From assembly GCA_019162915.1 (NCBI GenBank), contig JAFLKZ010000013.1:34522-67324 (forward strand): a DNA stretch of 32,803 nt, given 5' to 3'. The notes beneath the pieces were generated by a model. The model did not search any database. It worked only from the letters and a program-made list of their open reading frames with translations, and was not told the DNA's origin. Both the position numbers and the translations under genes were made by a program. Origin of the DNA: Campylobacteraceae bacterium. Lineage in GTDB: Bacteria > Campylobacterota > Campylobacteria > Campylobacterales > Sulfurospirillaceae. Positions 1-13,370 of the stretch are shown in pieces (position 1 is the stretch's first letter; each line of letters opens with the position of its first letter).

Positions 1-2400
1 TTTGTGTCCAGTGTTGTGATATCTAATTTTTCAACAGTAGCTACTTTTGCAAAATCTGTTGCCAAAATATCATTTGCACCGCTTATGACTAAAGTATCTG
101 TTCCATTATTTCCAATTACTGTAGTAGCTGATCGTAAATTACTTGCGGACAAGAAGCTAAAAACATCATCACTCGAACCGCCATCAATTTTAACAGCTAA
201 ATCCCCTGTTACAACATTAATAATATCATTTCCACTTCCGCCCAATAATGTTCCAATGGTATAATTATAGTTTTGAACTGTATTTCCACCATTGGCAAGT
301 TGTATATATTCTATACTTGAAAGATGTGCAAAGTCTGTTCCAGCAGTATTGATAGCATTAGAATTTGTTGTGTAAAGTAAGGTATCATTACCACCCTTAC
401 CATCTATTGTATCAGCTGTAGTTAAATTCGCTGGTGCAGACTCAAAAATATCTCCTCCAGAGCCACCAACTAAAGTCATATTTGTACCTAGTGCACTGAT
501 ATCAAAAGTTACATCATTTGCACCATCTGCCAATTGAATAATTTCCATATTGCTAAATTTAACATTCCCTATAACCCCTGCTGTTGTAGCAGTTACACCT
601 GAGAGACCGGAGAAAAACTTGAGAGTATCAGTACCGCTAGCCCCGTTGATACTTACCCACTGTGAGGAGTCATTTACGATAATAGTATCTGTCCCATCAT
701 AGGTTTTAACTGTTAATCTAGCTGTGTCACTTGAGCCTATAGCATCGTTATGAATATCTATGGTTCTATTATATAAGGTATTTGCATTTGTTGTGTCGAC
801 TAACATCATCCCAGCTGTTTGAGCATTTGAGCCAAGCGTGATTGTATTATTATTGCTCAGTTGCCCAGCTGTAAGGACTTCAAAATTTGTCTTATTGGCG
901 AACATGCCATCTGTCAAGTCTGATCCAGAAGAAAGCACAAGTGTATCCGTTCCACCAACACCAGCATTTAGTGTCTGATTAGAGATATAAAATGTAGTTG
1001 CTGTTATTGTATCGTTGTATCCAGCGGAAGTTGTTGCAGATAGCGTACTACCATTGAACCAACTTACATCAAGTGATATAGCTTGTCCTTTCGTGGAAGC
1101 ATCTATCTTGTTGAATCCTGCATTTGAGGAGGTAGAGCTTATATAAGCATATGTACCAGTAAATGCATTTAGGTCTAAGGTCTCTATATCATGAAGATTT
1201 GTAATAGTACCACTATCAGAGTATGTACCACTACCTATGATAGCTAAAGTATCATTTCCAGTACCTGCAATTATAGTATCTAGCGTGGTTAGATTTGCAA
1301 TACTGTAGTTGTAAATATCCCCTTGATTTCCGCCATTAATGGTGGCATTATAAGTCCCCATAGTTAAAGTATTATGTACATTTAGTGTATTATTTAACTG
1401 TATCACTTCTATAGAGTTTGCGGCGACACCACCAAAAATTGCGCCTGTTGAGTTGTCTATGGCTCCTGAATTAAGAAAATTGATAGTATCAATACCTGAG
1501 TTACCATCAAGGCTATCAGCTGATGTTAAATTTCCAATGGAATAATTAAAAGTGTCTGCGTTTGAACCACCAAGAAGGGTAAGAGTGTTACCATTTGCTG
1601 TACTCAAATCGCTAGCATCTAAAGTAATATTATTCACACCAAGACTTGAAAACTTAATCTGCTCAATACCAGTAATTGTAGCTTTAAAGTTACTAGAATC
1701 AACGGTTCCAGCATCTTTAAATTCTAGTATATCAATTGTTCCACTACTACCTGCAACTGTTATTGTTTGACCTCTCACAACAATAACATCGTCACTTCCA
1801 GTACCACCAAATACAGATAGACCATCTCCAAAACTACTTGCATCAAGTGTTACATTTGTTCCTGGCGTATAAGTCGTTGCTAAGTTAACTGTTTTTAGTC
1901 CATTTCCAGCATGTGCCGCACTGGTTCCTAGTGTAATGGTTGTTCCACTATAGCCTGTAAGGTCAAGTGTTTCAATATTGCTTACATTCGTAAATTGGTT
2001 ATCTGTTATGGCTGTACTTCCAGTTAAAATCAATTTATCCGCTACAGCATGCGCTCCGCCATCAACATAATCACCCAATAAGTCATCAACTGCAAAAGTT
2101 ATCGTATCATCACCAGCAGCAGTATTAATTGTATTGGTATATCCAATACCTCCTATGATAGTATCACTAGTAGTTGTTCCAACAACAGAAACATTGTTAA
2201 CATTAAGCGTATAACTAAAAGCTCCAGAGGCTAAACTAATGACTTCAACATCTGAAAATCTCTGAGTTAGTATCTCATTACTTGTATGTGTTGAAAAAAG
2301 AATCGTATCGCCTGCAACACCATTTGCTCCACCATTGATAACAGAAGGCAGATTAAACTCTGCCATATCGGTAAAGATGAGCGTATCATCCCCAGCATCG
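1..2400 (-). repeat. Protein-level repeat region B: beta-strand repeats of type NLTxxDT(I/L)xGxxGxDTL...F.N...IE.I.L
   Basis: Examples: NLTSADSLDGNSGIDTINF, NLTTLDTIIAGTGNDTLAI, NLTTADTIDGKGGNDTLLY, and FTNVSNIETLDL / FAHLSSIEYIQL. This style resembles T1SS-secreted S-layer proteins. Confidence 0.65.
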
Positions 2401-5400
2401 CCATAAAGACTATCTGCTCCACCAGCTCCACTTATCGTATCGTTACCACCACTACCATATATAGTTTCAACAGAAGCTGTACCCTGTATATAGTCTGCTT
2501 GATTTGAACCATAAACATTGTCAATACCGCCAATGGTGTCATTTGCCGCAGTATCTGCACTTCCACTCCACCCAAATGCAGTCTTATTTACTAAGTCTAC
2601 ATGTACACCTAAACCTGAGAGTAAATCATAGTATAACCAGTCACCCTGTCCCGATCTAGCCCCTGCGGAGCTGTCTCCATAGAGGATATCTCCAGATAGA
2701 CCACCATGCAAAACATCATAACCACTACCACCATACAGTGTATTTTTTGTTCCCGCACTATCAGTCGCAACATTACTGTTACCATATAAATTATCGTTAC
2801 CTGCTCCACCATCTATCGTATCAGGACCCGTACCTCCATAAATCACATCATTGTCTGACCCACCAAAGATAATATCTGCACCACCTGCACCATTAATAGT
2901 ATCATCTCCCGTATTGCCCCAAATGGTATTGGTAGATTCATTTCCCGTAATAATATCTTTTGCAAGCGTTGTATTAGAACTATTTGAACCAGAAATATTT
3001 TCTATGCCTTTTAAGGTATCTGTTCCAACACTTGTAATAACAGCAGTAGCATCACCATTATTATCCAAAGTAAGATTTGCACCATTTGTCCAAATATAGC
3101 TTACGGTGTCGCCAGCTGTTACATTTGTACCACCATCGATATAGTTATTGCCACCTATTCCAAAAAAAGTATCATCTCCTGCCATTCCAAGCAAAGAGTT
3201 ATTAATAGCGCCAGAATCATCAATAATAATATCATTATAGTCCGTACCACGAACATTTTCTACATTAATGATATAATCTGTCCCACGCGTTGCAGAAATA
3301 GTTTGCCAGCCTTTATCTTGAAGTTCTACTCTTACACCAGCTGTATCAGTGACACCATCATTAAGATAATCAACCCAATCACCTAATCCATTGGTGTGAG
3401 AACCACCATCAAGATAGTCACTTCCTGTGCCACCTTTGAGTGTATCATCTCCAGCTGCCCCATAAAGATAATTCGACCTTTCATCTCCAACGATGGTATC
3501 AGATCCTGCACCACCTATAATGTTTTCAATTTCTGTAAATGTACTTTTGACTGTTGCTGTTAAATCGCCACTGATTTTAACGGTTCCAGCTGTCATATTA
3601 ATATCTAGATTTGCAGTACCAACATCTACAAAGTCTATGCTGTCTCCACCATTTTCAGTTGTCTCGCCACCTGTTATCGTGTCACCATCAGTATTGCCAT
3701 AAAACAAATCATTTCCAGCGCCACCCAATAGTGTATCAGCGCCACCACCACCTTTAAGCGTATCGTTATCATCTCCACCATCAATATATTCATTTAACAA
3801 TGCTGAATTTCCGGTAATAACATCATTTCCATCATATCCGTAAATCGTTGCAAGAGATGATCCAGCAACAGAACCTAAAATAACATCGGCATATTGTGTA
3901 CCGCCTAGAGTCTCAACGCCATTAATAGCATCGGTAAAAATGGTATCGGTTGTTGCACCTTGGACTATAGTTGCATACCCAGCATTTGCGGCAAGATTTG
4001 CATTAATGGCTACACCGTAATAATAACTTGCCGTATCGGTTCCAGCTCCACCATATACGGTATCGCTACCATTTTGCAGACCAAAAGCATCATTGCCAGC
4101 TCCACCATAGAAAATATTGGTTCCGATATCCGCTGCATAACCATAATCGAGATTAAATCGATCATTCCCTAATCCACCATAAATAACATCATTGCCTGCG
4201 CCACCAAAAAGATAATCTGTTCCAGTTTCTACACCATTGACTGCCGCTACGCTATTGTCATCTCCATAGATAGTATCATTTCCATCACCACCATAAATAA
4301 CATCATTGCCAGCTCTCCCTATGAGAGTATTTGCAAGTCCTGTAGTGTCATTATCACCGATGATAGTATCGTCCGACATACTTCCCGATACATTTTTGAT
4401 ATTTTCGATATAGTCTTGGCCTGCAGCACCAGCTCCTGCTTTGTTTGCCAAGTCCACCGTGACTGCACCTGTTAAGGTATAATCTATAGTATTTCTTTCC
4501 GTATTCGCTCCACCATATATCGTGTCATTGCCAGTCGTCATAACTATCCAGTCATCACCACTATTGCCATAAAGCACATCTACGCCACTATTTCCAGTAA
4601 TAGTATCTGTTCCACTTCCGCCTTTTGCTACTGCAAAATTGTAAACACTATCCGTACCTGCACCGTATCCAGTGCCTCCGTCTAAGTGAACAACAGTACT
4701 CGCAGCAGTTCCGTAAACAGTTTGACCTGAGTTTAGGTTAATTTTAACACCATTTGTATCATATGTATAATCAAGAGTATCCCAACCAGAACCACTAACC
4801 GTATCGCTACCACCAGCTAGAACATTGTTTCCACCATAACCACGGATGACATCGTCATTAGCCCCACCAAAAACTGTATCGTTTAGTGCTCCACCATATA
4901 CGGAGTCATTGCCACTACCACCATCAAGTATGAATGCCTCATTAACAGGTCTGTATAACTGTGTAAAGAATTTATCATTGAGTCCACTTCCTAGAATCAT
5001 TTCTATTCCATGGTTTGCCGCTAGAGTATCTGTGCCAACATTGGTAGAATCTGGACTGGTCACCGTAATGCCAGAGACAGTTCCATCTGTTACCTCAATC
5101 GTACCATCAGCCAGTGCAAATGCAGTTACAGCTTTTGCAGAAGTAGCGTAGCTTAGTGTATCATTACCAGTGGTTCCGCTATCATATATAACATCATCTC
5201 CACCACCGCCATAATAGATATCACCACCATTCCTACCATCAAGATAGTCATTTCCAAGACCACCATCAAGTATATCAGCGCCAGCCGCGCCATAAAGACT
5301 ATCATTTCCAGCTTCACCATAAAGTGTATTGGATAATGTATCATTTCCTCTAATTGTAGCTATATCTGCGTATAAAATATCATTATTATCCCCACCTTTA

Positions 5401-8400
5401 AGGGTATCACCACCAAGTCCACCATAGAGTGTATTTTGCAATCCATCTCCATAAATGGTGTCATTAACATTACCACCTATGATATTTTCGATATATTGAA
5501 CAGATTGTTGTTCGCTATTATTTCCATTATCTAAGATTTGCAAGGTTGCTAGATTAACATTTATGGCTGTTACACTACTAGAAAAATCCATCGTATCAAT
5601 ACCAATACCACCATCGATAGTATCAGCTCCTTTACTAACAAAAATCGTATCGTTGCCACTACCACCTTTTAAAATATTGGCATTATCATCGCCAGTAATC
5701 TGATCGTCAGTAAAACCACCAGTAATATTTTCTATTGCATGAAATGTACTACTATTTAGTGTATTATTTATATCAACCACTATACCTGTTGTCATATTGA
5801 TACGAAGAGATTGACTCAAAATGTCAGAAAAATCAAGAGTATCGCTTGTTGAAGGACTATTTACAAGACCATCATCACCATGTACAATATCGCCGTCCAA
5901 TGCACCATAGATTAAATCATTACCAACTCCGGCGTAAATAGTATCTATACCACCACCACCTTTTATAGTGTCATTTCCTGCTTCACCGTAAAGAGTCTCA
6001 GCAATGCTACCTCCGTATATCTGGTCATTATTAGCACCTGTCTTAATTGTTTTCATTACAGCAGATACATCATTTGCACCATAAATTAAGTCTGCTCCAC
6101 CACCACTTTGTAGCGTTTCTATTGAATATATATCCACATAATCAGCTCCATCTCCAGAGACAAGCTCTAGGAGTGCACCATCGGCGCCAATAACAGTGTT
6201 TGTTGCAAGAGTAGCCGTAAGTGCTCCTGCTGTGGAGTAGTCAGCTAAGTCTGCGCCAGCACCACCGTACATCCTATCGTCACCACTGCCACCGATAAGC
6301 GTATCTCCACTATCACCTGCGTATAGTTTGTCATCACCACTGCCACCTACGAGCTTATTTGAAGCGTTGTCTGTAGTTGTCGATGTCGCATTCCAACCAT
6401 TACCACCATATATTACATCATCGCCACTGCCACCTGTGATAGTATCAGCGCCATCATAGCCGTATATCGTCATAGCCGAAGAGCCAGCAGTCAACTGGTC
6501 TGCACCTGAACCGGATTTAAATATCTCTATATTTGAAATACTATCAGTACCAATACTATTTACTGTATCCGAAACAGTTGTACCAGTCGCAAGGGTAAGA
6601 TTTTGAATCACTGTAGTATAGTCGATAGTATCTATCTCACTACCACCATCATAAGAGTCATTAGCATTGTCTATCGTACCGATTATAGTATCAGCTCCAG
6701 CATCACCATAGATAGTATCAGCTCCGGTATCACCATTTAGCAGATCATTTCCAGAATTACCGTGTATAATATTTGTTACACTGCTTCCGGTGATGGTGTC
6801 TCCATTTTGAGAACCTGTGATATTTTGTATATTGGCTATAAAATCATTTCCGGCACCACTATTTACAGTAACCGTTGCGAATTCTGTGCCATCATTAACT
6901 AAATCAACAATAATATTTCCAGCTGTCAATCCACCATAATCTATGGTATCTGTACCACCTGTTCCGTTTAGGCTTAGATGATTACTATCGTTTGAACCTG
7001 TAAGGGTAAATACATCATTGTCACTTCCCGTTTTGATTATCTCTATATTTGTAAATGTATCGGAAAGTGTGCTATTTGATAAATCTGCGAGTGATGCTGC
7101 TATCTTTTGGGCATAAATATCCACATATTTTGCTGTATTTGATGAATAGTCTGCAGTATCTGTTGTGCCAGTTTCCCCGTCTAGTAAATCCCCATCAAAA
7201 TTACCTGTCAGAGTATCATTTCCACCCCTGCCAAATAGTGTATTTACTGTTCCGCTAGCACCTAGGAGAGTATCATCTGCGGAGCCGCCTATAGCATTTT
7301 GGATGTTGTTCAATGTATCGTACACTAGTGGCGTAGCTGTATAGTTGGCTTTGGCAGTTCCTAGATCTATTTTAATAGAAGTTGCTGCAATAGATGAATA
7401 ATCAACAGTATTGGTATTTGCACCACCGTCTATAACATCACCATCAAGTCCACCAATAATAATATCATTTCCAGCATCACCATAGAGCGTATCGACTCCA
7501 CTACCACCTTTAAGTGTATCTGCGCCCGTTCCACCATGCAAGATATTTACATTTGCATTTCCAATGATAGTATCATCAAATGTAGAACCTGTGATATTTT
7601 CTACATTATAAAGCGTATCTGTACCCTCTGTGGCAGCATTTCCTATGACTTGACCAGACCCTCTTGTAAGATCTGCGTCTATTTTAAATATAGCATCTGT
7701 ATAGTCTGCTGTATCAATACCATTCGCTCCAGAGGCATTTCCACCATAGAAAGTATCATTTCCAGAACCGCCAAAGAAAGTGTCATTCCCCGCTTGGCCA
7801 TATAGCGTATCTGCTCCTGCGCCACCTTTGAAGCTATCATTTCCAGATCCACCATCCATGATATTGATACTACCATCACCAATAAGAGTATCGTTTCCAC
7901 TACCTGTATAAATATTTTGGATATTTGCTAGAGAATCATAATTTGTAGCATCCGATGTTTGTATTATTTTTGACTGAGTCAAATCAGCAGTTAATGCTAT
8001 GGTTTGAGCCGAATAGTTTATGCTATTTGTTCCACTCTCACCATCTAATAAGTCATGGGCTCCATTTCCACCAAGATTACCTGTTAGAGTATCATTCCCA
8101 GCCCCGCCATAGAGTGTGTTTGCTTCGCCAGATTTTCCAGTGATAGTGTCATCACCACTACCACCACGGAAATTTTCTATATTTTTTATTGTGTCATTAA
8201 GTCCAGATGCTACAGTTACTATAGCTGGGTTCGAGCCATCAAGTGTTACACTTAGATTATTTGCGGTTCCAGTGTAATCAACGATATCTATGCCAGTGTA
8301 ACCATCCAATACATTTGTGCCACTGCTGCCAAAGATCGTGTCATTGTTTTTTGAGCCTGTGAAGTTCTCTATACTTGAGAGCACATCATTTTTACCAAAT

Positions 8401-11400
8401 TCATCAACAAGTGTTCCTGATGCAAGATTTACTATGGCACCAAAGATGGCTGTGGCATTTGAGCTTAGGTCAACAGTATCTGTGTCATTTCCACCAATGA
8501 GTGTATCGTTTCCATCACCACCATAAAGCGTATCGTTACCATTTTGACCGTTTATGATATTATTGTTTGCATCACCCTTGATAGTATCACCAGAGGCTAG
8601 GTTTGTACCTAAAATATTTTCTATGCCAGAAACGGTATCAGTTTCAGACCCTATAGCTATAATTCCCGTAGCTAGATTCGCATTAATGGCATTTGCTGCA
8701 CTATCAGTGTAGTCAATAGTATCAATCCCGCTATCAGCAGTATTTGAGCCACCATAGAGAGTGTCATTACCTGAATCATAGTTAAAAGTATCATTTCCAG
8801 CCATACCCATCAGAGTATTTACCTGAGAATCTTTTCCAGTTATAGTATCGTCATAGCCAGAACCAACAACATTTTCTACATTTGAAATCGTATCTGTGCC
8901 ATCACTTGCACTTGTTGCAACTCCAGTTTTTAAGCTAATAGTTACGCTACTTGTTGCACCTTGATATGATACCACATCGCTTAGTGTACCATCATTTCCA
9001 CCATCTATAACATCATCTCCCAGTCCACCATATAGAGTGTCATCACCGTCATCGCCATATATGGAGTCATTACCCTCTTTCCCAAATATCGTATCATTGT
9101 CTGCGCCACCATAAATAGTATCAGCCCCCAGCCCACCATCTATATAGTCAGCTCCATTATCACCCCAAAGTCTGTCGGCTCCATCCAAGCCATAGATAGA
9201 ATCATCACCACTAGAGCCGTACAGTGTGTTGGTGCTATCATCGCCACTCATAGTGTCGTTCGCGCTAGAACCTTTGATTATTTCGATTGCATTGAGAGAA
9301 TCAGTGCCAGCATAGGCTCCTGTTTTTGATACTTGTGAGCCTACTTGTACCAAGTTCAGAATTATTTTTGTATTTAAATCTGAATAATCAGCAGTATCTA
9401 TTCCTGATCCACCATCAAGTGTATCACTGCCACCATATCCTTTAAGAATATCATCACCACTATTGCCATAAAAGGTATTGTTTTCATTCCCTCCAACAAT
9501 AGTATCATTACCCATAGAGCCTTTGATTACTTCTATATTACTGATACTATCAGTCTCAGTTGAAGCGCCCCTAAAAGTAGTAACAGAGATGGTCGAACCA
9601 TTTGAAGTTGCTGCTATATGGTCAGAACCACTATTGATAGAAGAATAATCAATAACATCTATGTCAGCTCCACCATCAATTACATCTGCACCATAGCCAC
9701 CATCTAATGTGTCGTTACCTGAACCACCTAAAAGAGTATCTGCTCCATCGTTACCAAAAAGACTATCATTTCCACTACCACCACTCAGTATATTGATGCC
9801 ATCGTTTCCTGTGATGGTATCATTTCCATTGGAACCTGTAATGTTTTGAATATGAATAAGCGTATCTAAACCTTCTCCATTCACGGTACCGCTATAAAGA
9901 GTGTCATTATTAATTGTTGCTACAATGGGTCCGCTAAAACCAGTATAATCAGCTGTATTACTTCCATCTCCACCATCTAGAGTATCGTCTCCTGAGCCAC
10001 CAAAAAGAGTATCATTTCCACTTTCGCCATATAATGAATCATTGCCAATACCACCTTTGATCGTATCGGCACCATCTCCACCACTAAGTGTATCAGCACT
10101 GTCACTTCCTATGATCGTGTCGCTATTTTGTGTCGCAATAATTTTTTCGATATTTTTAAGAATATCCACATCCCCAACACCAGCGTAAACAGTACCTGCT
10201 AGAACAGTTGTTCCTCCACCAGCATTGTAATCAGCAGTGCTAAGGTTAACAATAATACCATTGGTCGTAAAATACGAATAGTCAGCTGTATCTTGACCAT
10301 AGCCACCATCAAGCGTATCGTTACCAAGCCCACCATATAAAATATCATTTCCGGTATCACCAAATAAAGAGTTATCTGCATTTGAACCTAAGATGGTGTC
10401 GTTGCCATCCATTCCCGTGAGATTTTCAATATTTGATATTAGATCCCTATACAAAGAATTATTGCTCAAATCTCTTAAAATTACACTACTTGCAGCTAAA
10501 TTAGCATAAATATTATCAACAGTTGCATCTGAATTGAGAGAAGAATAATCTATCTTATCTTTTGCCGTATCTGACTTATACCCTTCATTTCCGCCATAGT
10601 AAACATCACTTCCTTTACTAGCAAAAAACAAATCACTTCCACCAGAACCACCAATAAGTGTATCAGAAGCATTTCCACCTGTCATAGTGTCAGCTTGGCT
10701 TGTACCAATTACTTTTTCAATACTTGTGAGTGTATCGCTTCCTTCTCCAATTACCAAGCCTGTTGATAGATTGACAGTTATGGCTGAGGCTGATACACTA
10801 TAATCTGCCGTGTCAGAACCAGATGCCCCTGTTAATAGATCATTTCCAAGTCCTCCGGATAATGTATCACCTTTTTCTCCAGCATAAAGGGTGTCATTTC
10901 CTTCGCCACCGATAAGGGTATTAGACAAATCCAATAAGCCATTAGTATTTCCAATATTATCACCATAGACAATATCATCACCCTTGCCACCATTGAGTAT
11001 ATCTTTTCCCAGTCTTCCAACAATGATGTTACTACCATCATCTCCTGTAATCGTATCATTGCCAGATGAGCCATAAATATTTTCTACACTATCAAGTGCA
11101 TCACCAGTCGTTGCTGTTATGCCTTGAGAGAGCATATTGACCGTTACACCACTGTCACCATATGCTTGATAGTCGATAGTGTCACTACCACCCCCACCAT
11201 AAATAAAATTTTGACCTGTTGTTTTTATTTGTGCTAAAAATGTATCATTACCGCCACCTGCAATGATTGTATTAGTTGTATTTGTTGAAAGTTTAAATAT
11301 ATCAGCTTGATTTGAGCCAAAGATATTCTCAACATATCTAAGTGTATCTCTATCTGTAGCTGAAACGGTGGCACTCGCATTTCTATAATCACTCAAGTCA

Positions 11401-13370
11401 ATTTCAAGATGGTTTGAGGCATCTACATATCGATAATCTGCCCAATCTTTTGATTGTACATATTCAGTTAATGCAGTTGGTGAAGATGGGTTATTGTATC
11501 CTCTACCATCTAAGACATCATTTCCATCAAGTCCACTTAATGTATCACTTGCCAAATAACTGCCGATAATAGTATTGCTAAAAGAGTCACCAATAAGTGT
11601 ATTAGCAAGGGCAGAAGACGAACCAATAATATTTTCAATATTTTTAAGTGTATCCACACCATCACCAAGGGCATACTGACTACTTAAATCTACATACAAG
11701 TTACCCGTAAAATTTCTATAATCAACGGTATCTAAACCACTCCCACCATCTAAGATGTCATCACCGCCACCACCAGAGATAGTGTCGTTTCCTCCAGTTA
11801 TAATCCCCAATGTTTCACCACTAGTACTATTAACAATATAATCATAGAGATGGTTATTGGAGGTATTAATCAAAACATCTGTCATATTGGATGGAATATT
11901 TATTTTTGCATCACCATCTATGATATCGTTGCCATCGCCACCATAGATAATGTCATCACCACCTATAAAGGCTGACATGGTATTATTATCAAGATTATTC
12001 GCATCAAGCTTGCTATAAACTAAAACATTGTTGACTAAAGAGGAGGAAAGTGTTAACTCAGAGTCACCAATGATTTGGTCAACCCCTTTTCCACCATCAA
12101 GGGTATCGCCACCCAATTTTATAGCATCTAAAGAAGCATTTAAAGTATAATCAAAGTTACCAATTAGCTTATTATCAGAATCATCCCCGACGATATGATC
12201 ACTATAATTTGTACCTACTATGTTTTCTACATTAAGCACTATTGTAGCAAGGGCTGCCTCGCCACCTCTGACATTAATGGAACCTTCTTTATCACCAGCG
12301 AGTTGAACCTCTATACCATTGATGATTTCTGGCAATTCAAACTTACTAATTTTTGAAAAGTCAACAGTGTCCACATTGCTTCCACCATCGATTTGAAGCT
12401 CACTAAGATGACTGTAAATATAATCATTACCAGCTCCACCATCGATAACATCAACACCACCGTTTCCATCTATAACATCATTGCCTTCCATGCCTTTTAA
12501 TGTGTTATTGAGTGCTGTACCAGTGATAGAATCATTGTATTTTGAGCCTGTAACATTTTCGATATCATTTTTAACAAATTTATCTTCTACAACAACCCTT
12601 TGTTCTATTCCATCTTCGGTAATGACTGTCGTTGCCTGAGCATTGTAGCTATTGTAATTTGCGCTCGTAGCATCTAGTGTTGTAGCTCTAGCCAAATCGA
12701 CAATGACACCTTCACTATCATTAGCATATCGCTCATTCGTGACAGGATCAATTAAAACTTTTTGGTATACTCCACTAGCTTGGGTATAAAGAACATTGCT
12801 AGGATCTAATGTGATAGCTGCTTCAAAAGCTGTTTGGTCAAAACTTCCATTGTTCAATATCCATTGTGCTTTACTATCGTTATATATGCTTTCATAAGTA
12901 CTATCAGACACAACTTTATCAGCTGTAAAATTTCCCAATATTGCTGTTTTATAAATACCATTTTTTTGGAGAAGAAAGGTATTTGAATACTTTGTAATAA
13001 ACTCGTAACTTACAGTATCGCTTCCCTTTCCACCATAAATAATATTTTGACCAGCGCCACCTGATATAAAATCACTGCTGCTGCCAACCATACTATCATT
13101 GGTGCTAAGCATTGCAATGGATTTATCATATAAAGAAATAAGTGCTTCTCCATAAAGAGTATCATTGCCATTGCTTCCATAAATAGTGTCAGAGCCAAAA
13201 CCACCAATAACGGTAGAATCTTGCTTGCCTGTATAAACGATGTTATCATTAGGTGTCGTGTCAAAAACAAAACCAAGATCAGGGGCTACATGTACACCAC
13301 CAAGGTTTCCATAAACTTCATAGTCAGCTTTATTGTCAGCATAGTTATAATCATCTTCGGTATAAATATT
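1..13370 (-). CDS. Giant RTX (hemolysin-type Ca2+-binding repeat) protein, main body; about 4,456 codons, 3' end beyond the left window edge
   Basis: Manual minus-strand translation of sampled segments. The frame opens after TAA at 13371-13373 (NIYTEDDYNYADNK...GGFGSDTIYGSNGNDTLYG) and is in the same phase at the window edge (...ATVEKLDITTLDT). It is dense in GGxGxDxL/I nonapeptides. The ORF track shows no long minus-strand ORF here, consistent with no stop codon inside the window. Confidence 0.92.
2400..13200 (-). repeat. Protein-level repeat region A: RTX nonapeptide blocks alternating with DTxDYS...V(N/D)L...DTLxNIENIxG modules
   Basis: Recurring translated pattern GGxGNDT...DGGxGxDTVDY...IENVxGS. 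Copies are strongly diverged at DNA level. Boundaries are approximate. Confidence 0.8.
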
